NCBI GenBank assembly: GCA_963770935.1
Contig: CAVYRJ010000005.1
Location: 28,748-92,747, forward strand
Direction of reading: 5' to 3'
DNA length: 64,000 nt
Source of the DNA: Candidatus Bathyarchaeota archaeon
GTDB lineage: Archaea > Thermoproteota > Bathyarchaeia > Bathyarchaeales > Bathycorpusculaceae
The first letter of the stretch is position 1. The number at the start of each line of letters is the position of its first letter. The position numbers and the translations under genes are program-made. The notes beneath the pieces are model-generated. The model saw nothing but the letters and a program-made list of their open reading frames with translations, did no database searches and had not been told where the DNA came from. Shown here one piece after another: positions 11,408 to 21,504 of the stretch.

Positions 11408-13378
11408 GTGATTTCATGGAAATATACATTTAAACGATTAAATGAAGAATACGAAATAGCCAACAAAAAGAAGCAAGCCTTAGATAACCTTTTTGAAACA
11501 GGCAAAATCTCACAAGCTACACGTGATTCATTCACCGGCGACATCAGCGCAGCAATAGCTGAAATCGAAAAACAGCGCAAAGACCTTGCCGAAAAGATGA
11601 ATGCAAAAACCCAAGAACTTGAAGGCCAACTTAAAACATTAGAAATGCTTCTCGCTAACTACGAAATTCAGCATGTTGTTGGAGAAATAGATGAAGATAG
11701 TTACGTACGAGAGATAAACCTCCTCGGAACCACCCTTCAGACAACCCGAAATGAACTAGATGTGATAAAACAAGCAATAAACCAATTATTTCCCATAGAA
11801 CCAGCTATCCAAACGCCAGCTGCTCCCGAAACAGTTGCTCAAGTAATCGAAGCTCCAATTATTCAACCAACGGCGGTAGAAGCGGTCCCTTTAGAGGTCC
11901 CAGTGGAAGCTACACCTGTTGAGACAGCCCCTATTATAGAAGCTTGTCCTGTTGAGGAAGTTGCAATCGAAACTTCTCCAGCAGAAACTCCTGTAGCCGA
12001 AGTAGCTCCAATTGAGTGTGCTCCAGCAGAGACTGCTCCAGTTGAAGCAGCCCCGGTAGAAGCGGTCCCTTTAGAGGCCCCAGTGGAAGCTCCAGTTGAG
12101 CAAGCCACAATCGAAGCCCCAGTTGAAGTCGCTCCAATAGTCGAAAGCATACCTCTTGTTGAAGAAGCTAAAATTGTTGAAGCTCCAACGATTGAAACTC
12201 CAATTGTAGAGGGAACCGCTCCAATTGTTGAAGAATCTGCGCCAGTTGAAGCTGCCCCAATTGTCGAAGCTCCAGTTGTTGAGGCTCCTGCAGTTGAAAC
12301 TCCAGCTGAAGCTCCAGCAACAGAAGCATCAATTGCAGAGGCTCCAATCATCGAGACCCCAGCAGTTGAAGCACCCATAATCGAAGCCGCTCCAATAGTC
12401 GAAACGCCAGTTGAAGCTCCCATTCAAGTCGTCGAAGAAGCTCCAGCAGAAGTGGTCGAAGAAGCAGCCCCAGTTGAAGTCGCTCCAATCGAGACAGCTC
12501 CAATAGTGGAAGCTGCTCCAGTTGAGCAAGCCCCAATTGAAGCTACACCAGTAGAAGTAGCACCCACAATTGAAGAAACTCCCGCAGTTGAAGTAGTTGC
12601 AGAGGCAGATCCAATAGTTGAGATAGCTCCAGTTGTTGAAGAAACAGCTCCAGCCATCGAGGAAGCCGCTCCAGTAGAGGTTGTGCCAGTTGAAGTTGTT
12701 CAAATTGAGCAAGCTCCAGTTGTTGAGGCTCCTGCAGTTGAAACTCCAGCTGAAGCTCCAGCAACAGAAGCATCAATTGCAGAGGCTCCAATCATCGAGA
12801 CCCCAGCAGTTGAAGCACCCATAATCGAAGCCGCTCCAATAGTCGAAACGCCAGTTGAAGCTCCAGCACCAGTCATCGAAGAAACTCAGGTCATTGAAGC
12901 AGCCCTAGTGCAAGAAGCTCCAGTTGTTGAAGCTGCGCCTGAAGCAGTAATCGCTGAGCCAGCAGTTCAAGAAATAGTTGCCGAAGCTCCAGTTGAAGCC
13001 GCTCCAATCGAGCAGCCAATCATCACGGTCGAGGAAGCTCCAGCAATTGAAACTCTATTTGTAGAAGCTCCAGCAGTTGAAGCCCCAGCAGAAATAGTCG
13101 CTCCAACCGAACCAATTGTAGAAGCAGCTCAAGAGCAACCAACAGTGGAAGCTCCACTTCAAGCATTCGAAGTAACCGAGCCAACAACAGTTGAAACTAC
13201 CCTTGAAAAAGTCTTAGAAGAACCAGCAATAGAAACTGTTTCCTTGGTGGAGGAGGCCCACATTCCAGCCCACCCTTCAGAAGCGCCCCCGGCGGCGCAT
13301 TCGGAAGTAACAGCGGAAGCGGACAACAGCGACCAAACCCCCCAAGCAGAAGAAAGCGAAGAAAACACAACTGAATAA
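11408..13378 (+). CDS. CdvA-like coiled-coil protein with very long acidic Ala/Glu/Pro/Val repeat tail
   Basis: N-terminal coiled coil (KKKQALDNLFETGKISQ...EIQHVVGEIDE), then about 520 aa of (V/I)EAP repeats. Probable GTG start at 11408 (ORF open from 11348). Confidence 0.7.
   Translation: MISWKYTFKRLNEEYEIANKKKQALDNLFETGKISQATRDSFTGDISAAIAEIEKQRKDLAEKMNAKTQELEGQLKTLEMLLANYEIQHVVGEIDEDSYVREINLLGTTLQTTRNELDVIKQAINQLFPIEPAIQTPAAPETVAQVIEAPIIQPTAVEAVPLEVPVEATPVETAPIIEACPVEEVAIETSPAETPVAEVAPIECAPAETAPVEAAPVEAVPLEAPVEAPVEQATIEAPVEVAPIVESIPLVEEAKIVEAPTIETPIVEGTAPIVEESAPVEAAPIVEAPVVEAPAVETPAEAPATEASIAEAPIIETPAVEAPIIEAAPIVETPVEAPIQVVEEAPAEVVEEAAPVEVAPIETAPIVEAAPVEQAPIEATPVEVAPTIEETPAVEVVAEADPIVEIAPVVEETAPAIEEAAPVEVVPVEVVQIEQAPVVEAPAVETPAEAPATEASIAEAPIIETPAVEAPIIEAAPIVETPVEAPAPVIEETQVIEAALVQEAPVVEAAPEAVIAEPAVQEIVAEAPVEAAPIEQPIITVEEAPAIETLFVEAPAVEAPAEIVAPTEPIVEAAQEQPTVEAPLQAFEVTEPTTVETTLEKVLEEPAIETVSLVEEAHIPAHPSEAPPAAHSEVTAEADNSDQTPQAEESEENTTE
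12267..12864 (+). repeat. Identical 154-bp direct repeat inside the CdvA-like gene (12267..12420 and 12711..12864)
   Basis: AAGCTCCAGTTGTTGAGGCTCCTG...GAAACGCCAGTTGAAGCTCC occurs twice, 444 nt apart (in frame). Confidence 0.9.
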
Positions 13379-13518
13379 AACAAATTCGTAGTCTTCTTTC
13401 TTTATTTTTTTATTTTCTCTTATTATCTTGATTCATATATTCCATTTTTTGAATTTGTAATTTCATTATTCCCTACAATAAGGGAAAGCTCTCGTGGTCT
13501 GAAAAAAAATTGCATAGC

Positions 13519-14253
13519 TTATTTTTCTAGTTGTGACCTAATCAGGTTTATGGCTGACCAAGCTGCAAGAGCGCTGGTGTGAGGGTTGTCAGGGTGGGGG
13601 TCATTGGCAAACCGCATAGTCATTTCACCGTACCGCCATTTAACTTGGATTTCGTGAGTATTGCGTTTAACAGTTGGGTCAGAGACCACTTGCACTTTTA
13701 CTTTGGCAGGCTTAACTGTTAGCGCCAACGTTGCTGCAACGTTCATTTCCCGTGGGAACTGTCTTGCGGCTTCCTCTGCGTAGCCCTCATAGACGGTTTC
13801 TTCTTGGCTATTGGTTTTTCCAAGGGCTTTGGGAGGCTTGCGAGTAGTCAACGTGACCTGGTCGATTCCAGCTAAAGCAGCAGGAGAGATCGCGTCTAAT
13901 CCTCCGATGGCGCCTGAGGGAAAGTGCAGTTTAGGGGTGTTTGTGTTTAGATCTAAGAGTGCACCCGTGCTCATGACGATGAAGTCAACGTTTGCTGCTA
14001 AAATTTTGTTGTAGTATTCCCGTACGGCTTGCTGGGATGCTGCCTCAACAACTATTGCCGGCTTGGACAAAAGCAACTCCTCTACGTTTGACACAATTTT
14101 TACCGGGAATTCTAATGCTTCTTTGAGCTTCTCTGCTTTTGCCGCATCCATATCGAAAATTACCAGTTCATCACAGACCACTATCTTGCGCTCGATAGCT
14201 TCAGCTAAAACTGTTCCAATTGCACCACAGCCAATCAACCCGACACGTTTCAT
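13519..14253 (-). CDS. nadX: L-aspartate dehydrogenase
   Basis: GLIGCGAIG, VVEAAS, PSGAIGGLD, FPREMNVAA, PDNPHTSALAA. Confidence 0.9.
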   Translation of the reverse strand: MKRVGLIGCGAIGTVLAEAIERKIVVCDELVIFDMDAAKAEKLKEALEFPVKIVSNVEELLLSKPAIVVEAASQQAVREYYNKILAANVDFIVMSTGALLDLNTNTPKLHFPSGAIGGLDAISPAALAGIDQVTLTTRKPPKALGKTNSQEETVYEGYAEEAARQFPREMNVAATLALTVKPAKVKVQVVSDPTVKRNTHEIQVKWRYGEMTMRFANDPHPDNPHTSALAAWSAINLIRSQLEK

Positions 14254-16734
14254 TTTTTAGTTACCGCCCCGAAGACAGCGACGGGAATTACCCCTGGGAA
14301 CTGTGGCACTTCTTGTCCTTGACCCGCTTGGGGAACAACTTTGAAGTCTCCTACAACTTTGAGGGTTCCTGCTATGTCATTTTTGCTTGAGTTGATTAGG
14401 TCAGCGTTTGCTTGATTTGCTGTGTAGACTTCAAGGGAGAGAATGGGAATGTTTAGTGGCAACTTTAACGCGGCTTTTTTTCTTCGCACATCCTCAATTA
14501 GAGCCATCACTTTGTCGCCTTCCTCTTCCACCGCCTTATCGACCAGTACACTGGTCATTTTTGGCCAAGGTGTGATTTGTAAGCTCTCAAAGCCCTTACC
14601 ATCCGCGTACATATTTTGGTATATTTCTTCAGTCAAGTGCGGCGTAATTGGAGCTAGCAGCTGCAAAATCTTGTACAAGACATTGTAGAGGGTTTGTTGA
14701 GCAGCTTGCCTTCGCGCTGAATTTTCCTTTTCTACACGGTAAAGTCGGTCTTTTACTGATTCAATATAGTAGTCGCAGAATACGTGCCAGGTGAAGTTGC
14801 GGATGTCTTCGACGGCGACGTTGAATTGGCATTTTTCGAAGGCTTCTGTGACTTTGTTGACTAGGTTCTCGGTTTTGCTTATGATCCATTTGTCGAGCGG
14901 TTGCAAGTCAACTTCGACGTTGGCTTTGGGGTTGTAATCTGTCAACAGGTTACTTGCGAAGCCTGCAACGTTCCAAAGTTTAACAAGGAAGCGTCTGCCG
15001 TATTCGACGTCTTGGGCGCGGAAGGGAATATCTGAGCCTGTTGCTCCGCCGCCAGCTGCCCACTGCCGCGTCGCGTCAGCGCCGCTTTTGTTGAGGACTT
15101 CTGGTGCGGCTGCATAGTTTTTGAGGGATTTACTCATCTTTCTGCCGTCGGCGCCAAGCACCATGCCGTTTATGAGTACGCTGTTGAATGGGCGCTGGTC
15201 GAATAATGCGAGGTGGCGTACCATGAGGTAGTATGCCCATGTTCGGATGATGTCAGTACCTGATGGGTGAATACTTGCGGGGAACAGGTGCTTCCAGTCG
15301 GCTCGGTCAGGCCAACCAGCGTGAACAGCACAGGTTATTGAGGAATCCATCCAAGTATCCAACACGTCGGTTTCGCCTCTAAATTCGGTTCCGCCGCATT
15401 TGGGACATTTGTCGATTCGCGGCTTCTCCATTCGGGGGTCGATTGGCACCCAGCTTTCTTGGGCAAGAATGACTTCGCCGCAGCTCTTGCAGTACCACAC
15501 GGGGATGGGCGTGGCGAATAGGCGTTGGCGGCTGACAACCCAGTCCCAATCCAGCGCCCGCGTCCAATCGATTAAGCGGTTCTTCATGTAATCTGGATAC
15601 CACGTAATCTCGTTAGCGTTCATTTCCACAGCTTCGCAGAGCGGCATGGTCTTCATGAACCACTGTTTAACCTCAAGGATTTCAACTTGCGCTTTGCAGC
15701 GGTCGCAGACACCGACTTCCTGCTGAATCTTCTCAGTCTTCTCCAGCAAGCCAGCAGCGGTTAAGTCGACAACGATTGCATGCTCGAGCTTGGTTAACGT
15801 ACAAACCAGCATATTTGCAACCTGCTTCACTGATTTTTCCGCTCTCAGTTAGGAGTCGAATAACTGGGAGTTTGTGTTTTATGACGGTTTTCACGTCTTC
15901 TTTGTCGCCGTAAGTGCAGATTTGGACCACTCCCGTTCCAAAGCATGGATCCACAGATTCTTCCCCGATGATCGTTACCTCACGGTTCATGAGGGGCACA
16001 GCGATTTTTCTACCGATGTATTTGCTGTACCGCTCGTCTTTGGGATTAACTTCCACGGCGACGCAGGCGGGAATGAATTCGGGGCGTGAGGTGGCGATTA
16101 GCAGGTATTCGTTGCTGCCTTCCAGGTGGAAGCGTATGTAGTGCAGGGTGCCTTCCTTTTTTACGTGGTCAACTTCTGCGTCGGCAATGGCTGTTTCGTC
16201 TCTTGGACACCAGTTAACAGGGTGTGTGCCCTGGTACATGTAACCTTTCTTATGAAGCAAAACAAAACTGAGTTGCGTTCGGCGCCAGTAGTCAGGGTTC
16301 ATCGTTTTGTATTCAGTTGTCCAATCTATGCTTGCCCCCATCTTGAGTATGCCTTCCTTCATCATGGCGATGTATTTCTCGACGAGTTCGATGCACCATA
16401 CTCGGAACTGATCTGGGGGCACGTCGCGTTTTCGGATGTTTCTTGCTTTTTCCACTTGGATTTCTATGCCTAGACCATGGCAGTCCCAACCTTGAGGAAA
16501 TAGAACATTGAAGCCCTGCATGCGTTTGTAGCGTGCAACCATGTCAAAGTAGGTCCAGTTAAGGACATTGCCCATGTGCAGTTCACCCGAAGGGTAAGGC
16601 GGCGGAGTATCGATGCTGTATGGAACACGCTGCTTGTCGTTCCAGTCGTAGTGGTAGATGCCCATTTCTTCCCATTTACTCTGCCATTTCTGCTCGATTT
16701 CGGCGAAATTATACTCTTTCGGCATAGGCTGCAT
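14250..16734 (-). CDS. valS: Valyl-tRNA synthetase, archaeal type (frameshift near 15781)
   Basis: DTPPPYPSGELHMGN, GWDCHG, DWVVSRQRLFATPIP and KMSKS across two ORFs. An extra T in GCA-T-GCA breaks the frame. Confidence 0.95.
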
Positions 16735-16800
16735 GTGAAATAACCTCTCTATGTTGACGGTAGGAAAACTAAAATATAACCTAAAAACATTATCCCCTTA

Positions 16801-16901
16801 GTTCTTGGGGAGCTGGGAAAGGTAACCTGGCTGAGAGGACGGCTATTTGCTGTCGACCCTTAGGAACCTGAACCAGGTAATACTGGCGGAGGGAAAAGAA
16901 T
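16801..16901 (+). ncRNA. TPP (THI-box) riboswitch
   Basis: GGGGAGC, P3 GCTGGG/CCTGGC, CTGAGAG, P3a GACGGC/GCTGTC, GACCC..GAACCTGA, P5 CCAG-GTAATA-CTGG, CGGAGGGA. P1 is TTCTT/AAGAA. Lies directly before a thiamine transporter. Confidence 0.93.
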
Positions 16902-17436
16902 GAACAAAACTAAATCTAAAGCTAAAATTGAATCAAGAACTCAAATCCTCGCGGAAATAGCAATTTTTACAGCTCTAAGCACAGCCTTAAGCTTGATTAC
17001 GTTTGTAGTCTTTCCGCAAGGCGGCTCAGTCACTGCGGGCTCAATGGTGCCCATGTTTGGTTAGCCTTACGCCGAGGACCCAAAATCGGCATCTTTGTCG
17101 GCATCGTCTATGGACTTGTCCAGTTGGCGGTTTTACCGCAGGTTTACTTTCCAACGCAAGTATTGCTAGATTATCCTTTAGCGTTCGGCTGCATCGGGTT
17201 AGCGGGGTTCTTCAAAAAATACGCTATACTCGGCGTTGTCGTTGCCGTTACAGGAAGATTCATCATGCATCTTAGTTTCGGGAGCAGTTTTTTTCGCTAG
17301 CTATGCTCCTACAGGTATGAATCCTTGGATTTACTCAACATTATACAATGGGAGCTATATGCTTCCTGAATTGTTGATTAGCATTTTCTTTATTTACCTG
17401 TTGCAGAAAAGCAAAGTGTTAAAGGCGTACATATAA
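16900..17436 (+). CDS. thiT: ECF transporter S-component for thiamine, ThiT (two frameshifts near 17056 and 17271)
   Basis: Manual translation from ATG 16900: ILAEIAIFTALS..FPQGGSVTAGSMVP / WLALRRGPKIG..QVLLDYPLAF..GRFIMH / VSGAVFFASYAP..PWIYSTLYNGSYMLPE. These are ThiT motifs. Confidence 0.88.
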
Positions 17437-17437
17437 A

Positions 17438-18436
17438 TTGGGGAAACTTGCCGCTAAAGAACTCCAAGAAATGTTGGATTGCATAAAGAAGGATTTCCGA
17501 GTGATCGTTCCGCCCATGATTGGGTATGATGCAGGAGTTCACCTTTTGCATGGCAAGTACGTGGCGGTTGCCACTGATCCATGCACTGGTGTTCCTGAAG
17601 AGTGGTTTGGGTGGCTGATGATCCATTATGCTGCTTCAGATGTGGCGCTGTTTGGGGCTAAACCTGAATTCTGTACCATCAATCTCCTTGGACCAAGAGG
17701 AACAAAACCAGCGGTCTTCCAGAAAATCATGAAGCAAACCTGTAGTACCGCGGATGAATTGGGCATTGCCATCGTTCGAGGGCACACGGGAATGTACGAT
17801 AGCCTCTCAGGGTTGCTAGGGGTTTGCACCGTTTACGGGACTGTAGAACCAAAGAAGTTGATTACGCCAGGAAATGCTAAACCAGGAGACTTGATTCTGT
17901 GCACAAAGCCGGTTGGTTTAGAAACAGTCACAAACATATCGCTAACTTACCCCGCTTTTGCTCAAACCCTCTTTGGAGCAGAACAACAGAAAATCTTTGC
18001 AAAACAGGTTTCAATGCAAAGTTGCGTTCGCGAAGCACTTGATTTGTCTGAAATGGGAGCTGTACACGCGATGCATGATGCGACGGAAGGCGGTTTTGTG
18101 GCAGCGCTCAACGAATTGTCACAAGCTTCAAATGTAGGTTTTATGGTAGACTGGGAAAAAATGCCAATCAGCAAAGAAGTCTTGGCATTGCAGAGCTACT
18201 TTAAACTCACCGATGAACAATTGTTGGCGATGTCTTCAACGGGTACGATTTTGGCGGCTGTTGAGCCAAAAGCGCAAGAAAAAGTCAAAGAATCATTAAG
18301 AAAGAACGGACTTTCAGCATACTTTTTGGGCGAGTTTACCGCAAACAAAGAACGTGTTCTAATTAGAAATGGAAAAGAAACGCAGTTTCCACAGGTTGCT
18401 GATGACCCCTACACCATGATTCTTTCGGGCAAATAG
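17438..18436 (+). CDS. AIR synthase (PurM/HypE/ThiL superfamily)-related protein
   Basis: GYDAGV, ATDP, IVRGHT, AKPGDLILCTK, MHDATEGG. Confidence 0.88.
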   Translation: MGKLAAKELQEMLDCIKKDFRVIVPPMIGYDAGVHLLHGKYVAVATDPCTGVPEEWFGWLMIHYAASDVALFGAKPEFCTINLLGPRGTKPAVFQKIMKQTCSTADELGIAIVRGHTGMYDSLSGLLGVCTVYGTVEPKKLITPGNAKPGDLILCTKPVGLETVTNISLTYPAFAQTLFGAEQQKIFAKQVSMQSCVREALDLSEMGAVHAMHDATEGGFVAALNELSQASNVGFMVDWEKMPISKEVLALQSYFKLTDEQLLAMSSTGTILAAVEPKAQEKVKESLRKNGLSAYFLGEFTANKERVLIRNGKETQFPQVADDPYTMILSGK

Positions 18437-19316
18437 TTATTTTTTCAGTTCCGCCAACATAAAGTTGACTATTTCTTCAGCAATGTTAACTTTGGCAACC
18501 ACCTGCAAGCCTTTCCAGCCCGGCTGACTGTTCACGTCAACGATGCGTGGTCCATCTGGTCCTTCAAGAATGTCAACACCAGCTATTTTGCATCCGACAG
18601 CTTTAGCGGATTTAACAGCTCATCTCTTCGAATTCTTTGCTGATTTTGGCTGGGGCAGGTTTTGCTCCTTGACTGTAGTTGGTTTTCCATCCGGTGGCTA
18701 CTCTCCGCATAGATGCGACAACTTGGTTACCGATGACAAAGGCACGTATGTCTGAGAATCCATGTTCGACGAATTCTTGCATGTAGATGACCCCGTGATG
18801 GAATGTGATGGCTTTGAATATTGTATCAGCTATATCAATGTCGTTTACGCGTGTGGCTCCTTGTCCGCGGGAGCCGAAAAGTGGTTTGACGACTATGTCG
18901 CCGCCCAGTTCGTGGAATGCTTTTATGGCTTCGTTTACACTTTCGGTAGCTAAAGTGCGTGGAACAGGAACGCCCACGTCTTCCAGAAGCGCCAAGATAT
19001 CATATTTGTCGACGCAGTGCTCAATCGCAGTCGGCGGGTTAACCATGTAAAAGCCCTGGCGTTCCAGCTTGTAGAGCATATCCATTCGGAAAACTAACTC
19101 CTCAAGCGAACCCCGCCCAATCGGACGAATAATAAGCGCGTCCAAGTCATCTAGGATGCTTGTACCGTTAACTTTAAAGTAAGGTCTATAAGCTAACCGC
19201 GCAACAAGTCTGGGGAATGTGAAGCATTCATATGTGATTCCCCGTTTAGTTAGTGCTTCTCGGACTTGTGTGCTGCTCCATGCTTCCATGTTCCGCGTCA
19301 TTATTCCAATTTTCAA
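18437..19316 (-). CDS. RimK-family ATP-grasp alpha-L-glutamate ligase (frameshift near 18619)
   Basis: DKY...VPVPRT, VVKPLFGSRGQG, DIRAFV, WKTNYSQG. The C-terminus (AGVDILE..DVNSQPGW) continues in a shifted frame to TAA at 18437. Confidence 0.88.
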
Positions 19317-19399
19317 TGCTGGTCTGTCCTTACCTTGGTCTTTAGAACATGCTGAAGGATTGCACTCTTAAAGTTTCCGCGGCAAAATAAAAGAGTTCG

Positions 19400-21358
19400 T
19401 TATTTTATTCTTTCTAGCCGTAGCGTATTTAGCAAGAGCAACATGGTTACCCCGTCGTCTCCTGATGCCACTGTGAACCACAAAGGCGTTAAACCCATTA
19501 AGCCCAAAGCACCCAAAATCAACTTAACAACCAGTGACGCGGCAATGTTTTGTTTCGCAATTACCATTGTTTTGTTGCTTAACTTAAGCAGGTAGGGAAT
19601 TTGGGCAAGCTCATCTTTAACCAGCACAACATCCGCAGATTCCAACGCGACATCAACTCCGCGTGCGCCCATGGCTATTCCCACATCTGAAGCTGCCAGG
19701 GCTGGTGCATCGTTTACACCATCGCCAACCATTGCTACAAGTCCATCTTTTCCTTTCATTTCTTCAATGCATTTCAGCTTGTCTTCAGGCAACAATTCCG
19801 CAAATACATCGCTAATGCCCAGTGATTTTGCTGTGTCTTTAGCAATCTCGGTTTTATCTCCTGTTAACATGACAGTTTTAATGTTCGCCTGTTTCAAGGC
19901 GCGAATTGCTTTTAACGCGTCTTCCCTAACTTCATCGACAACACAGACTGCTGCTAAACCTACTTTGCCCACTGAGACACAGACAGCCGTGTGAATGTCA
20001 CCAGAGATGATTTCAAATGCTTCCGTGCAGTCACAGCCCAATTCACGCATGAATTCCAAGTTGCCAATCGCTACGTGTTTATCGTTTACTATGCCGACGA
20101 TGCCTTTTCCTGGGACCTCCACTATGTCGGTTACTTTGATTTTGCTGAGGTCAATGTTTCGCTCTATAGCCCGCCGCACGATGGCTTGCGCAATGGGGTG
20201 ATTAGAATATTGGTCAAGCGCAGCAGCATAAATCAAAGATTCCTCTTCAGCTTTTGAAATATCTACCCGCCTAATCTCGTGAACTGCCTGCCGCCCAAGC
20301 GTTAACGTTCCCGTCTTGTCAAAAACCACTGATCTCACTTGGGCTAGCTTTTCAATGAAAACTCCGCCCTTAATTATTACTCCTCTTTTGGCGGCAATTG
20401 TAATGGCAACGAACACGGTTGCTGGAACAGATATGATAAATGCGCTAGGACAGGAAACTACCAGCAGTATGAGGGAGCGGTAAAACCATGTTTGAAAAGT
20501 TCCTCCAATGAGGAACGGTAAAGCTCCAGCGGTGAAAACTGCAAGCCCAATCACAATGGGCACATAAACCTTTGCAAACCTGTCAACTAACCGCTCTATC
20601 GATGCCTTTCTTTTCTGCGACTCCACCACTAGCTGAACAATCCGCGAAACCAAGGTTTCCGTCGCTTTCTTTGTAACAGTAATCTTCAGAACGCCAGTGG
20701 TGTTTAAGGTTCCAGCATATACGCAATCATTCACTTTTTTGGGGACGGGTACAGATTCACCTGTAACGAGGGCTTGATCAACATGTGAGAATCCATCAAT
20801 CACATTGCCATCCAAGGGGATTCTTTCTCCAGGTTTAACGAGAAGAACTGCTCCAGTTTCCACTTCGTTTACATTTACACTTTTCTCGGAGCCTTCGCCT
20901 AATACACGAGCATTTTCAGGAATAACTTTTGATATTTTTTCAACCGTTCTTTTTGCTCTATCTTGTATGTAACCTTCGAAATATTCAGCTAAACAATAAA
21001 GGAATAGTACAGTGGCGGCTTCAAAGCGAAAATCAAGGAAAAGCGCTCCTAAACCTGCAACCGCCATTAGGAACTCTACACTAAAGCGCCTCTCCAAAAA
21101 TAGCTCTTTTAAGCCAAACACGCCGATGTAGATTGCCGAGGCTAAAATTGCAGAGTAATAAAGAAATAGAGATATAGTTGCTGGAAGATTCAAAAAAGGT
21201 ATAGTAAAGCCAAGCGGCAACCCCTTAGCAAACAAATCCAACAAGCCGCCAACAAGGATAGTTACTCCAAGCCAAACAGCAAACCCAACCAAAACTACCT
21301 TCTTGCGTTCTTCTCCTCCGAATACGGCTTCAGTCTCTTTTTCTTTACATGTACCCAT
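19400..21358 (-). CDS. P1B-type heavy-metal-translocating ATPase (ZntA/CadA-like)
   Basis: TGES, SCPS, DKTGT, HP and GDGVNDAP motifs. Confidence 0.93.
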   Translation of the reverse strand: MGTCKEKETEAVFGGEERKKVVLVGFAVWLGVTILVGGLLDLFAKGLPLGFTIPFLNLPATISLFLYYSAILASAIYIGVFGLKELFLERRFSVEFLMAVAGLGALFLDFRFEAATVLFLYCLAEYFEGYIQDRAKRTVEKISKVIPENARVLGEGSEKSVNVNEVETGAVLLVKPGERIPLDGNVIDGFSHVDQALVTGESVPVPKKVNDCVYAGTLNTTGVLKITVTKKATETLVSRIVQLVVESQKRKASIERLVDRFAKVYVPIVIGLAVFTAGALPFLIGGTFQTWFYRSLILLVVSCPSAFIISVPATVFVAITIAAKRGVIIKGGVFIEKLAQVRSVVFDKTGTLTLGRQAVHEIRRVDISKAEEESLIYAAALDQYSNHPIAQAIVRRAIERNIDLSKIKVTDIVEVPGKGIVGIVNDKHVAIGNLEFMRELGCDCTEAFEIISGDIHTAVCVSVGKVGLAAVCVVDEVREDALKAIRALKQANIKTVMLTGDKTEIAKDTAKSLGISDVFAELLPEDKLKCIEEMKGKDGLVAMVGDGVNDAPALAASDVGIAMGARGVDVALESADVVLVKDELAQIPYLLKLSNKTMVIAKQNIAASLVVKLILGALGLMGLTPLWFTVASGDDGVTMLLLLNTLRLERIK

Positions 21359-21504
21359 ATCTTAAACCAAAATTGCTGAAAACTTTCCTACATTAGTATT
21401 CATAAAATAAGCATTTTATAAAAAGAAATCTGTCTGCGCTCAGACTAAATGTTTGCGGGGCGGGGTTTGCAAAAAAATAAAAGGTACCTAAAAAAGAATA
21501 ACCT

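Noticed and set aside
11863-12791. Many antisense ORFs and CRISPR-like periodicity
   Set aside because: By-products of the repetitive GAAGCTCCA-type codons of the CdvA-like gene; no constant repeat with unique spacers.
15733-15830. Programmed frameshifting or split valS (likewise uvrA and rqcH)
   Set aside because: No slippery heptamer or common signal; indels are scattered across unrelated genes, as expected from sequencing error.
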